A DNA stretch of 35,245 nucleotides from Dirinaria sp. TL-2023a (lineage: Eukaryota). Below, piece by piece: positions 22,085-32,753 of this stretch. The stretch lies in NCBI GenBank assembly GCA_051941275.1, contig JAVEBF010000068.1:1-35245 (forward strand), written 5' to 3'. The notes under the pieces were generated by a model, which worked only from the letters and a program-made list of their open reading frames with translations, searched no databases and had not been told where the DNA came from. The translations under genes and the position numbers were made by a program. Positions within the stretch are counted from its first letter, which is position 1. Each line of letters opens with the position of its first letter.

Positions 22085-23975
22085 ATGGATATGAGAGATC
22101 TCATTGAGGAAGAAAGCCATCATGGACAAGTTCTGGCAATTGCAGAATCGAGGGAGGCTTCACGCGTCTCAACTTTGAGACCGCTAGATGTAGTTGAGTC
22201 TGATAAGCCTCGCAGCCGTTTGCGCGTTACGGCGATTCTGTTGGCTCTTGCTGTGCGTATGACCTGTCTCTGGCCCCTAATAGAGCGGTGTGAAAGTTGG
22301 TGGATGCGATGATACAAGCTGACGCACTTTGGCAGCTATCTCTATTCATCGCAGCTTTGGACTCGACTATAGTCGCAACTGCGATTCCTACTATCTCATC
22401 TGACTTACATTCTGCGTCTGGCTACCTTTGGATCGGAGGTGCCTATCTTCTGGCAACTGCTGCAGGAGCTCCGGTGTGGGCCAAGGTTTCCGACATCTGG
22501 GGTCGCAAGCCCATATTGCTCGCCGCTGTGGCGTTATTTCTAGGAAGTTCTATCATGAGTGCCTTGTCGAATAGCATGAAAATGTTGATTGTAGCCAGAG
22601 CATTGCAAGGTACTGCTGGAGGTGGCCTATTGCAACTGGTGAACATCGTCATATCTGATATCTTTAGCTTAAGGTGAGTCAGAAAGGCTTATTCTCAATT
22701 GAAGGATGACCTCATGCTTACCTAGGAGGACCTAGGCAGCGGACCTTGTTTTTCGGTCTGTGCGAGTGCATCTGGGCGATTGCCGGCGGTGTAGGTCCTA
22801 TCCTAGGGGGAACCTTCACCCAACTGGTTTCATGGCGGTGGATATTCTGGATCAACCTGCCCTTCTGTGGCCTTGCATTTGTTCTACTATTGGTTTTCTT
22901 GGATGTTCATAATCCACGCACGAATCTTTACGATGGTGTGTGCGCCATCGATTGGTTTGGCAGTCTTTCCATCATTGGTCTTACTGTCATGCTCTTGCTC
23001 GGACTCAACTTTGGCGGTAAGACGTTCCCTTGGGACTCGCCCAAGGTTATATGTTTGATCATCTTCGGATGTTTGATGTCGATCCTATTCATTATCAGCG
23101 AGAAACGACTCGCTAAGCATCCTCTGATGCCACTCAACATTATGAGGGAACGGTCGAATCTTATGAGCATGTTGGTCGGATTCATGCATGGCTTTGTAGG
23201 TGCTCCGATCTCTTAAGACTAGAAGGAACGGCGAACTAATGGAATCAAGGCTTTCATTGGAGGTGAATACTATATGCCATTATACTTTCAGTCGGTTGAG
23301 GAGGCTTCACCGTTACGCTCAGGAGTTCTAATATTGCCATTCATTCTACCCGAGACCGCCATGGGTATTACTTCCGGAATTGTGATTCACAGGACCGGCA
23401 GATATCTGGAATTAATGTGGGCCGGCATGGCCATGCTGACCCTAGGCTTCGGGTTGCTCGTCCACTTAACGGCAGCTTCTCCACTCGGTCAGGTCGTTGC
23501 GTTCCAGGTTGTGGCAGGATTAGGCTCGGGACTGATGTTCGAGCCCCCTCTCATCGCAATCCAAGCACATGTTTCTCAAGATGACACCGCTACAGCCACA
23601 GCCACTTTGGGTTTTGTGCGTAGTCTTGGAACATCAATATCGGTTGTCGTCGGCGGCGTCATCTTCCAGAACAGCATGCGACTTCGATTGGGGGATTTGC
23701 GTGCTGCCGGTGTCTCCGCAGACGTCGCATATCAATTTTCCGAAGGCGATGCTGCCGCAAATGTGATGGTGATCCGTACAATCATGGAAGCCTCCCAGAA
23801 ATTCGCAGTAAAGGAGGCTTACGCCTGGAGCCTAAGAAATCTATGGATCCTGTACACTTGTGTGGCCTTTTTGGGACTTGTCGCAACACTTTTTGTGAGA
23901 ACGAGAAAGCTAAGCACAGTACATGTCGAGACTAAAACCGGTCTAAAGAGAGCAGTTGTTGAGCAAGGGAGATGA
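22085..23975 (+). CDS. MFS DHA2-type (14-TM) efflux pump, ~563 aa; exons 22085-22252, 22336-22673, 22736-23195, 23250-23975
   Basis: LSLFIAALDSTIVATAIPTI, motif A KVSDIWGRKP, IVARALQG, motif C GPILGG, WRWIFWINLP and YMPLYFQ. Three GT-AG introns keep the frame. Confidence 0.94.
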
Positions 23976-24536
23976 TGGGTTTTGAGCTTGCGCTAGCGAC
24001 CTAATTGAAAGACTCGACTCTTTCAATCGTACAATGTGTATTCTGTGATCCATAAGGCTAGTCTCCTGCAACATTGAGAATATACCAAATAATTTCCAGG
24101 ATTTTGCGGCTTGACTGAAAAATCAAGGTAAAGAAGTATCTCGGATACTTGAGCCCAAAGTCGCAAACATGTGGCACGAGAACACGAGAGGCGAATGAAA
24201 AGCAATGGAATCACATGTAGATTCAGGCTTAGACATTGTGGAGCAGTTTCAACAGTTTCCCAGGTCTTGAAAATCTTGGCCTCTAATAGCTCTTTCATAT
24301 CTCATATGTGGAACACTTCCATCGGGAAATCCACCCTTTCACCCTGACGGTTTTGTTTGATTCTACTCGTATGACGGAGAACAAGATCGTAACCATTGAC
24401 ATATTCATCTTCCGGGGCGGATACAGAATTTTATTACTGTCCCTTGCGGTGTTTCTGTCCCTTTCTATCGATACCGGCGGAGCGCTTGCTGAGCGAGATC
24501 GAACTTAAATACACAAAGTGGTTGAACCAACGGAGA

Positions 24537-25019
24537 TCATGAAGCCGCCGTGCCATTCGAATAGCCAATCGTAATCCGCCCACTTCTCAACGTCTTAGTC
24601 GGCAGAACGTCGATCCACAAACCACTCGTGCCCACTGCTCTCGAGCCGCCACTATGCTGCCTGGTCCCCACGCAATCTTCAATGATCCTATCCGCCGTAG
24701 CCACGATTTTGCTCATGGCTTCACGAGCGCTGGTGACGTAGAAGATATCGACCATGATGGTGCAATCATTATGAGTCTCGACCAGAGGCAGTCGCACTGT
24801 GCCCGGAGAAGGATAGGGCGACTTGCTGAATGTGTATACCGGTTGCGGGTATCGTTGGAGAATTCCTCTCAACGCCACGAGGCAGGATGCGGGCTCGATC
24901 TGAACGTCTCCAAGGGCTTTGGCCCAGCATCTTGTATTGACCGTTGGTGGCGTGAATAGAGCATGCGATAGATCAAAGCACCAGGCTACTGCCAGGAGGA
25001 GAAGAACATGTAGATGCAT
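24537..25019 (-). CDS. Small secreted Cys-containing effector-like protein, 160 aa
   Basis: Strong signal peptide MHLHVLLLLAVAWCFDLSHA. Four mature Cys in the pattern C...C..A...LP.....C.I.VD...A..I...C......GG. Intact single-exon ORF. Confidence 0.75.
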   Translation of the reverse strand: MHLHVLLLLAVAWCFDLSHALFTPPTVNTRCWAKALGDVQIEPASCLVALRGILQRYPQPVYTFSKSPYPSPGTVRLPLVETHNDCTIMVDIFYVTSAREAMSKIVATADRIIEDCVGTRQHSGGSRAVGTSGLWIDVLPTKTLRSGRITIGYSNGTAAS

Positions 25020-26199
25020 GGCCTGGCCAGAACGATGTGCGGGAGGGTTGAGATTAGGGTGCGCAACGGCTCTGCGTTTTCAGTGGCTGAACTCGAAGCT
25101 TCCAACGTCGAGGCCAGCAATCAAAAAAAAGACCCGGAGGAAACCCCAGCGCATATATCTCCTCTCATCGCACGGTCCAACTACGAAGTTCCTCGCAAAT
25201 TTTCGGGGGACGAGACAAATAGTCCAAGTCTCAGCCTCACCCCCCAACAACACCAATAATGTAGGATTTCCCATTTCTTCGGAACAATGCGAGGATCTTA
25301 ACCTCTTGACATCTCTCGCTTCCTCTGGACCCCGTTAGAATACGATTCGCTCGGCTCCGTGAGCAATCATTCGCTAATGCAGGTACGAGAAGGAAATCCA
25401 CACAGAAGCCCAGCAGAAGCCCATCTCAGCCCCCGCGAAAAAGCGCATCTTGGACGGGAAAAACAGATTTAAGGTACTTGGTTGTATAAGCGCAGCGACT
25501 TTTGTTGTTCAGATTTCAATTGGATTCCGCGACGCGCATGATTACGAAACACCCGACCTCTATTTCGGATCCGGAATCCTACAGTAGTATGTCTGAATTC
25601 CCTTCCAGTAGAGGTTTCGGGGGCGCCGAAATCGTTGCGATTGACTTTTCTTTTTTTTTTCCGAGTTCGTGTCGTAATAATCCTGGCTCGAAGAGCTATT
25701 TCGGGTAACAGCTGAAGCTGATGGGGATATGCAGCCTAATCGCGGCTGTCAACGCCCAAGAAAAGCTGATCAGTCGCTTACAATTATACGGGGTACTCTA
25801 AGCTTAATTCTACTTTATACGGCTAGGAAGGAAAACGCATTGTTAAGGGCAGATATATTATGTACGCTTTATCAACTACACTTACCTGACGCTCTACAAG
25901 CTGTAAGGTCTTAAACTAATCTTTAGATTGTGCCATCCTCGGCCGGTCGGTACGCCTCTTATGATTTGAGAGTCCATCACACGCTATATATGTTCATCTA
26001 TTGATTATCTCTGAAGTACTTTGCGTTTTCGTAGTGAAAACAATGCTAGCATCGAGACCAGCTCGAAAATGTCTTCCGGTATCCATGCTACACGCAGCAT
26101 TGAACACGTGTTTAGCCATTTTCAAGTCTAGGGAAAAGTAAACCCAATATCTTCTTTGATTAAATATTCATATCAAATCGATAACTCTACTTGGGAATT

Positions 26200-27120
26200 A
26201 GGGCCAACCCCAGAATAAAGGGGGAAAGGAAGAGATTTTGGAAAGCCATAGGGTGATCGACGAAGAGGGTAAAGGACGAGCCCCTGGTCCAGTTGAAGTT
26301 CCAACCATGGTTGCACGATACGCTACGCGTTGTCAAGATTGTTCTTTCCAAGAATAATGATGAGAGATGTCTATTGCCTTTGATTGCCCGATCGGCTGAA
26401 TGTTTTCGATCAAGATTGACTCCTCTCTTCGAACGTGGCAACACCACGAAGCTCACGGCTGGGCCATCGCCAATAGAGCTGAGCCTACAGGTAGTTTTTG
26501 AGACGAAGCTCCAGGTCACAGCCATATTCTGTGGCAACTCCGATCATGATGGGATTGTAAAACTCGGGTCGAGAGAGACAGGTGCTGCGGTCAACGCCGA
26601 TGATGTCGATCAAATGGACCGCGTAGCCTTTTCCCAGCAATTAGCTACCTCGGTTTGTTCGTCTGTCGAAGTTTTCAACAACTGAACTCTGTCAACCCGC
26701 CATAGAGGAAAGCTAGGGGGCGTGGCTTGATAGCACCGTACTCTGGGGTAGCTGTTCCACATACAGCTAGATCGTGGCAGTAGCACCACTGACTGCAGCA
26801 CTACGTAGACATGTTCGCCTGCTAGCATGAAGATATTGCGTTGATGGCTGACTTTATAGGCGGATTTGCCTGAAGATCGGAAGGAAATCCCGTTGGAGCA
26901 GAAGGGAACGGGCGGGGATGGTTGGTTTCATAGACGGAGTAGCTGTGAAGATCGGAAAGGGTTCCAGTTGGAGCAGAAGCACGGACGGGAAATGGCTGCC
27001 TCCATAGAGGGAGTCGTCCCAAGATCAGAAAGGAGATAGAGTTCGAACAGAGGGAGACGAACTCGACAGTAGGGCTAGCACAGATGCCGCCGCTAAAGGA
27101 AAATTTTGATGATAAACAAA
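26200..27120 (-). pseudogene. Probable decayed gene for a secreted protein with ~25-aa repeats and a Cys cluster
   Basis: Signal-like FPLAAASVLALLSSSS near 27105-27055 without an ATG. Three diverged ~75-bp repeats begin near 26871, 26946 and 27019, with frameshifts. In-frame TAG stops precede CCSQWCYC (26777-26800). Boundaries are approximate. Confidence 0.4.
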
Positions 27121-28562
27121 TGGTCTTTTTAAGGCGAGTTAGTCGAATTCCACACTCCGTTCCAGTTGCAGCTGCTGCACAGATATGTCTTACTTCACAG
27201 TTGCCCTGCGTTATTATAGGCTTTTGGTGAGCTGGCTATGTATGTATAACCGCGGCTGGGTAACCGCACTCTTGTCTCACATCCCAAGCCAAGCAAAAGT
27301 CATAATTGCAATGGCACTTGAGCAGATTGAGCGGTTAATAACCTCCATATCGTCTCTTCAAGGTTTATCCACGATGATCTTTCACAAATGCTACTAAGAC
27401 TTGCGCAACCGAAAAGAAATCCCGAAAAGTAATTCCGGACAAAAATCTCAAAGAGGAAAGCGAAAATCAGCGCGGTGTTGTCGACGTGACGGAACCTGTT
27501 GTCATCATACTAGAGGATAATGCTCATCATCAAAGCAGTTTAAATCTTGGGTGATGAGCGTACCAGGTTCGATCTGCTTCCACTTGGGTATCGAGTACCC
27601 AAGATGCAAAACTTAGCTGCTTACTGGCGCGGCTACTAAGAAGATGGCTGAACCCGGGGTTGAAACCAAATCTTCCGATCGGCTGAGGAACCGAGAGCGA
27701 GGTTGGAGAAAGGGATCACTAAGGCTTAGTAAGTAGCATGATAGGCCAAACCCCGCTCTCGAAATACACTTGGCCGACGGAAGGTACAACCATGCCTACT
27801 AGTCAAGAACCAGCAAGTCGAACTCAATCAACCCAAGAACGGGTTCAGACACTTCTTCAAAATTACATTGGCCGCCGTCGTGAGTGGATAGCTGTCGGTA
27901 TAGAGACCGCCGCATTTAGCGCCGCGCTTGATCCTGCCACTGACATATGTGGATAGTCTAGGGGGACGACAACAAAATTGTCCGTTTCACGCTCAGGCTT
28001 TTACCGATTCAGTAGCGGCAGAGACAAATGGCACTGCAATAATAATGTCGGACCAAAAATATGGATCCGCGGCTCGGCAATGATGCATCCTCAATTCCAT
28101 GCAGATGCAAAATAGCTATCAATGCTAGCGATGTTGAGTAGCTACCCACCATCGGTTTCTGGCAGAGATCTACTCAATGCCCTTTCATCACTACAACACT
28201 TAAAGCTTTGTTTTCAAGGCTTCGAAATACAGGGAAAATGATGTCAGTCACAGACTCACTCTTGTGCTGGTGCGAGACGGCTCTAAACAGAGTCTGCTAG
28301 CATTAAATTTACTTTGACAGTCGGTGCCGCTATCTGCACTAGGCTTGTACCTGCTTTCTCCTCTAGCGCTATACGCTTGGCTAAAAGCGTGTTGGCCTAG
28401 GAGACACGATGCCACCAGGTTGGTCAAAAATGGTGATCTCTTATGTGTGAAATATAACCATCTCAAAACCACATTACTCCTGAAAAGTTCATACATCAGT
28501 CAAGTCCGTGCCTATTTTTTATTTCCGTTTACGCTGCGACGTGCCACGGCGTCTTGTCCATC

Positions 28563-29937
28563 ATGGTTCAGTCAGCACTGTTCGGACAGCCACCTGCGAC
28601 CCAGAATGACTTCTGGATTGTCAAAGGTATTTTATTTCAGGAAGGGGTGGTTGATGCAGACCCCGCAAAGGGCCTACCCGCGCTGCAAGCTGTTCCACGT
28701 CCCAACCACGAAAACAAATCAGGCTCTATAGTGGTTGGATTGGCGCTCTCAATATTTTTCGTGGTATTTATCACAGCAACCAGGATCATTGCTAGGAAGA
28801 CCATGAGCTCCGCGTCTTTAGGCTGGGACGACACGCTGATTGTTGTCGCTGCTGTACGTGCATTACGCTAATCTGCTGTGTTTTCAAAAATGACTCGTGC
28901 GCTGACGTCTGTAGGTTGCCGCAGTCGTTTATTTCTCGTTGCTGAGCGCTCTGGTATCCCACGGAGGAGCCGGTCAGCATCTATTGAATGTGACCTATAT
29001 GCAATGGTATTGGTTTGTCTTTGTAGGTATATCGATTCAAGTTTGGACCGAATACTGACTCGAAGCCTTTTAGTTGACCAACGGCTCAGCCCCAGTACTA
29101 TACGTTGTCTCTGGGTTCTCCAAATTTTCCACGATCTTCTTCAACGTTCGCCTCACCGGCGTCACCTCGAAGACTTGGATTTTGGTTCATCGCGCGCTTT
29201 TCGTCTTAGTCTTTGTCTATTTCATGCTTGCTATGTTCTGGAATACCGTCGCATGCACTCCTCCAGCGAGCATTGAAAGTCTAATCGTTACTGGGAAGAG
29301 TGCGCCCAATGTCAAATGCGCGAAGTATCATTATCCAGTCGGCTACACTATCGCAATTCTGCATTCTGTGTTCGATTACTTGCTACTCGCAGTCCCCATC
29401 ATCGTTCTCATCCAACTCAAGATGTCATGGCAAAAAAAAGCGCGATGCATTATCCCCTTGGCGGTCGGCGCATTGTCTGGCGCTGGTGCTTGTGTAAGGG
29501 TATATAGTACCTCACACCCACCGAAAGACCCAACATGTATGTTCCTCCTGATCGTCTCATTATGTCCGTCAAGCTAAGCAGTCTGAGCAGTTCACTACGC
29601 ATCCACTTTGCCTTGGACCCTTGTCGATCTTGTCTGCGCAGTTACGGTCACCTCGCTTCCTGCAGTCTACAATTTGTTAACCTCCTACCTCCCACATACC
29701 ATTAGTGAGCACTGGACCACCCGCGACTCGCGAAGTGCAGCCAACTACCTGTCAGGCACCAAATCAAACATTGGAAAGTCGAAAGGTAGCACTGTGGATG
29801 AAGACAAGAGAAACATTACCGTCAGGCGAGATATTGATCTGGAGAGCATGCGCACGGAGAATTCGGAGAACCTGGATCCCGGATATCTGGAGTTGCATGA
29901 CATGCAGAGGTCCAACAGATGTTATGTGAGTGCATAA
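28563..29937 (+). CDS. PTH11-like (fungal rhodopsin-domain) 7-TM membrane protein, ~402 aa; exons 28563-28853, 28915-29022, 29074-29536, 29591-29937
   Basis: TRIIARK...LGWDDTLIVVA, GAGQH, SKFSTIFF, ACTP, FDYLLLAVPIIVLIQLKMSWQKK and VTSLPAV. Three GT-AG introns. No CFEM domain is visible. Confidence 0.9.
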
Positions 29938-30223
29938 TAGACGGATTCTGGGTCTCTGTGAAGCATTAATTGGTGTTCGTGATCATGTCTAGAAAAATAA
30001 GGGCGGTACTTGGTTTTGAGGATCGAGGGCAGCCCCTCGGTCTCGTGGGTCTACAAGGTGGGCACTTTGCTGTATTCAAGAATCTTAGGCGAGAGGATCT
30101 ACGTATAGAAAGATTTTCTACAACTAATTCAGTTTATCGCTGTCACGAGATGACTCAATTGTTTATTTCGAATAGAAGCTCACCCATGGCTCTTCTGGCA
30201 ATTTTGTCTCCTACTTTTTTTTA

Positions 30224-30676
30224 GGCAACCACTACCGCCACACCACCTTCACTTTTGTTGCCCACGCCGCTCTCTTCACTTATTGTTTTTCATCTATCAA
30301 TACCTCTTTCTCTGAAAAGTTTTTTTCTCTCTAATAACCTCGGTCTATTTTAACGATTTGTCTATTTGACGATGACACGGTCGTGATGAAATCTATCAAT
30401 GCCTCTCTCCTCAAAAATTTTCCTTCTGACATCTTCAATCTTGCTTTAACGATTTGGCTATTTGACGGTGGCACGTTCGTGGTGAATCAGTTCATCGTCA
30501 TCTCGTGAAATCATCGTTGCTTGAAACTTCGCACTCTGTCAGAGTAAGGGAGATTGATGAATCTTAAACTCGAGGCATCAAAGACGTCGAATGCATTATC
30601 ACGCTATAATGAGTAGTAGTTAGAAGGAAAGGGTGGTGTGCCAGTAGAGTAGGGTGGTGTGGCGGCAGTGGGAGCC
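30224..30676. mobile_element. MITE-like non-autonomous DNA element (~453 bp) with 26-bp terminal inverted repeats
   Basis: Left GGCAACCACTACCGCCACACCACCTT versus the reverse complement of the right end GGCTCCCACTGCCGCCACACCACCCT: 22/26 identical. Flanks CTTTTTTTTA and ATTTTCTTTA match at 8/10 (possible TSD). AT-rich interior with a ~99-bp tandem duplication. Confidence 0.65.
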
Positions 30677-31397
30677 ATTTTCTTTATTTGACCCTACTTC
30701 TAACCGCAGCCTCATCGCTTTAGATTGCATGCTCGTATGTCGCATAAGACATGTTTCAGCATAGGGGGAACCATGAACGAGGAATCAAAGCCAAAGCCGC
30801 TTCTTCGACGGCGAAGCTGCTTAATCTGTCAAGCCTCAAACACACAGTCAGTACCCGATTTATTCTGCGAACCATGCTGCAGAATTTGACCTTTGGCCAG
30901 AGTAGAGCTCCTTCCTAGTGGCAGCATTTAGTTGGCTTACCATGGCGTGTCGAGTGCAGTATCAATTCTAAGAGTAATTGATGGTAACTGACTCCTTAAA
31001 TTTGTTATACTTATCCTTGAGTCACCTTCCAGTGTGCTTTCTGTCACAGAATTTCTTGATTTCTTTCAGCATGGGTGCCGTACTGGCAACCGTGTAGGCA
31101 AAACTAAGGTGTGCTTATATATCTGGGTCGTGTCCCTAAGTAGATTGTCATTCTTTAGGGTGTCATCAAGTTCAAGCGTGTTCAATTGCCTCGCTGAGCC
31201 GAGAAACAATTGCGTTGTGTTTAATGCGTCTGCTGGCTTGAAACTCAGCGACAAGGGTGGGAAAAGGATCTTCGGAAAAACCTCGGCTTAAGCGCGTAAA
31301 GTGAACCGAGGAACGCGTTGAGCGCGTGTAGAAAAACCGCAGCCACATTTCCAAGGTGTTTTTCACATCTCTCCAACGGATTCGCAACCCACGCGCC

Positions 31398-32033
31398 ATG
31401 GACACCACTTGTTCCCTACCAACATGCTCAGCAACTGGCAAATTGCACTGCGTCGGCTGCAAATATGCTGCCTACTGCAGCAAAACCTGCCAGAAGACTC
31501 ACTGGCCTATTCATAAGCAGACCTGTACCGCGAACCAGAAACATAACTGTTACCTCGTCTAAGTAGCCTTAAGTAACAATGGTCCGAATGTTCCCATGTT
31601 AAATTAGATTAAACCTTTACATCTACACCGTTATGGTAATGAGGTCGCAGAAATGGACGAGATAAAATTATGAGTTGGCTGGTCCTCTGTCAGGGAAGTG
31701 GGCAAATTCTATGATCATCTCGGCACAGACAGCTGGTACTATTACTTCTACGGCCAACTCAATGGAAAAGCAGAGGGACAGGGGAAGAATGAAGTTGTGA
31801 GCCAGGCTTCTGGGAGGGATATCTGGGGAGATGTGGCGGTCATAAGATCGGGGCCCGACAATGATGAGGCTGTGCCCGAGAATTTCACGAGTGCATCGCT
31901 GGCGAAGGCGTTAAAATTTTACGAAACAGAGAACAGTTCAAAGGTCTTTGCGGAGAGGGAAAAGAGCAGGATCGGGAGGATGATGGGTTTTGACTTGAGT
32001 GGTGTTCCGTCCTGGCATACAGATATGAGCTAG
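31398..32033 (+). pseudogene. MYND zinc-finger protein gene disrupted by three in-frame stops
   Basis: C-x4-C...CVGC....YCSKTCQKTHWPIHKQTC. Stops TAA 31560, TAG 31605 and TGA 31671 are all in frame with the downstream ORF (GKFYDH...IWGDVAVIRSGP). No splice sites that would remove them were found. Confidence 0.8.
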
Positions 32034-32753
32034 TGGCGAAAAGTTCGCATTCAACATGATTCGAGGCTAGAAAGTTGTCTCTTCTGAGTCCTTCTCCTGA
32101 GAGGCGGAGCATTCTGGGCGCGCTACATGGGAACGAAGAATCGGTGCTGCTATGTGGTACGCAAGGATCCAAGTTTCTTTTGTCAAGCATTGGAGTCATC
32201 ATATTCTGATCTCTCTAGCAACCCTTCATCCTTCGCGCACGTTGTTCGGCACTCGTTCTGTCATGCAAGATATTTAATCCTAAATCCGAATGGGCTTTCC
32301 GCTGTGCAACTCCTTGATTCCTATTTCAAGTGTTTGGCGTTATTACATCCAACGGCCTTTCATCTGTCATATTCTCATTCCTGCATGCCTGCAAAAGAAT
32401 CCATAGCGCGCTAAAGTGAGGTATAGTAGCAAACGCCTGACTTCGAATTATTGTTTACTACGGGGTGGCATTGTCCGTGAAAGTCGCCTTTGTTTTCCTC
32501 TGTCAATGGCCTTTGTCGGGAACTATGAACCTGACAAACTCAAACTATGCTCCTTTGTCAACAAGGCCTTTATGATAACGACCCTCGAGGGTTATTCCTA
32601 TTTAATACCCCTCGAGCGGCTTTGAGGTTCTGGTACTAACCACTAACTAAAAGCAACGTCGCATACTCAAACTCGATCGCTCAACAAGTTATTATTTCTC
32701 AAGGCAGCCTGCTTCAGTAATTTTTTTTCCAAAGAAAGAACGAGGCAGTAAAA

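Noticed and set aside
11658..23975. FAD monooxygenase plus MFS pump as a secondary-metabolite cluster
   Set aside because: No PKS, NRPS, terpene synthase or cluster transcription factor is in the window, and the two genes are separated by unrelated hydrolases.
27583..27603. 8-bp inverted repeat CTTGGGTA/TACCCAAG
   Set aside because: Short enough to arise by chance, with no supporting context.
32385..32753. Upstream exons for the repeat protein (TACTAAC at 32634, AG at 32653)
   Set aside because: An in-frame TAA at 32718 and an incompatible donor phase prevent a clean model. This is unresolved without RNA-seq.
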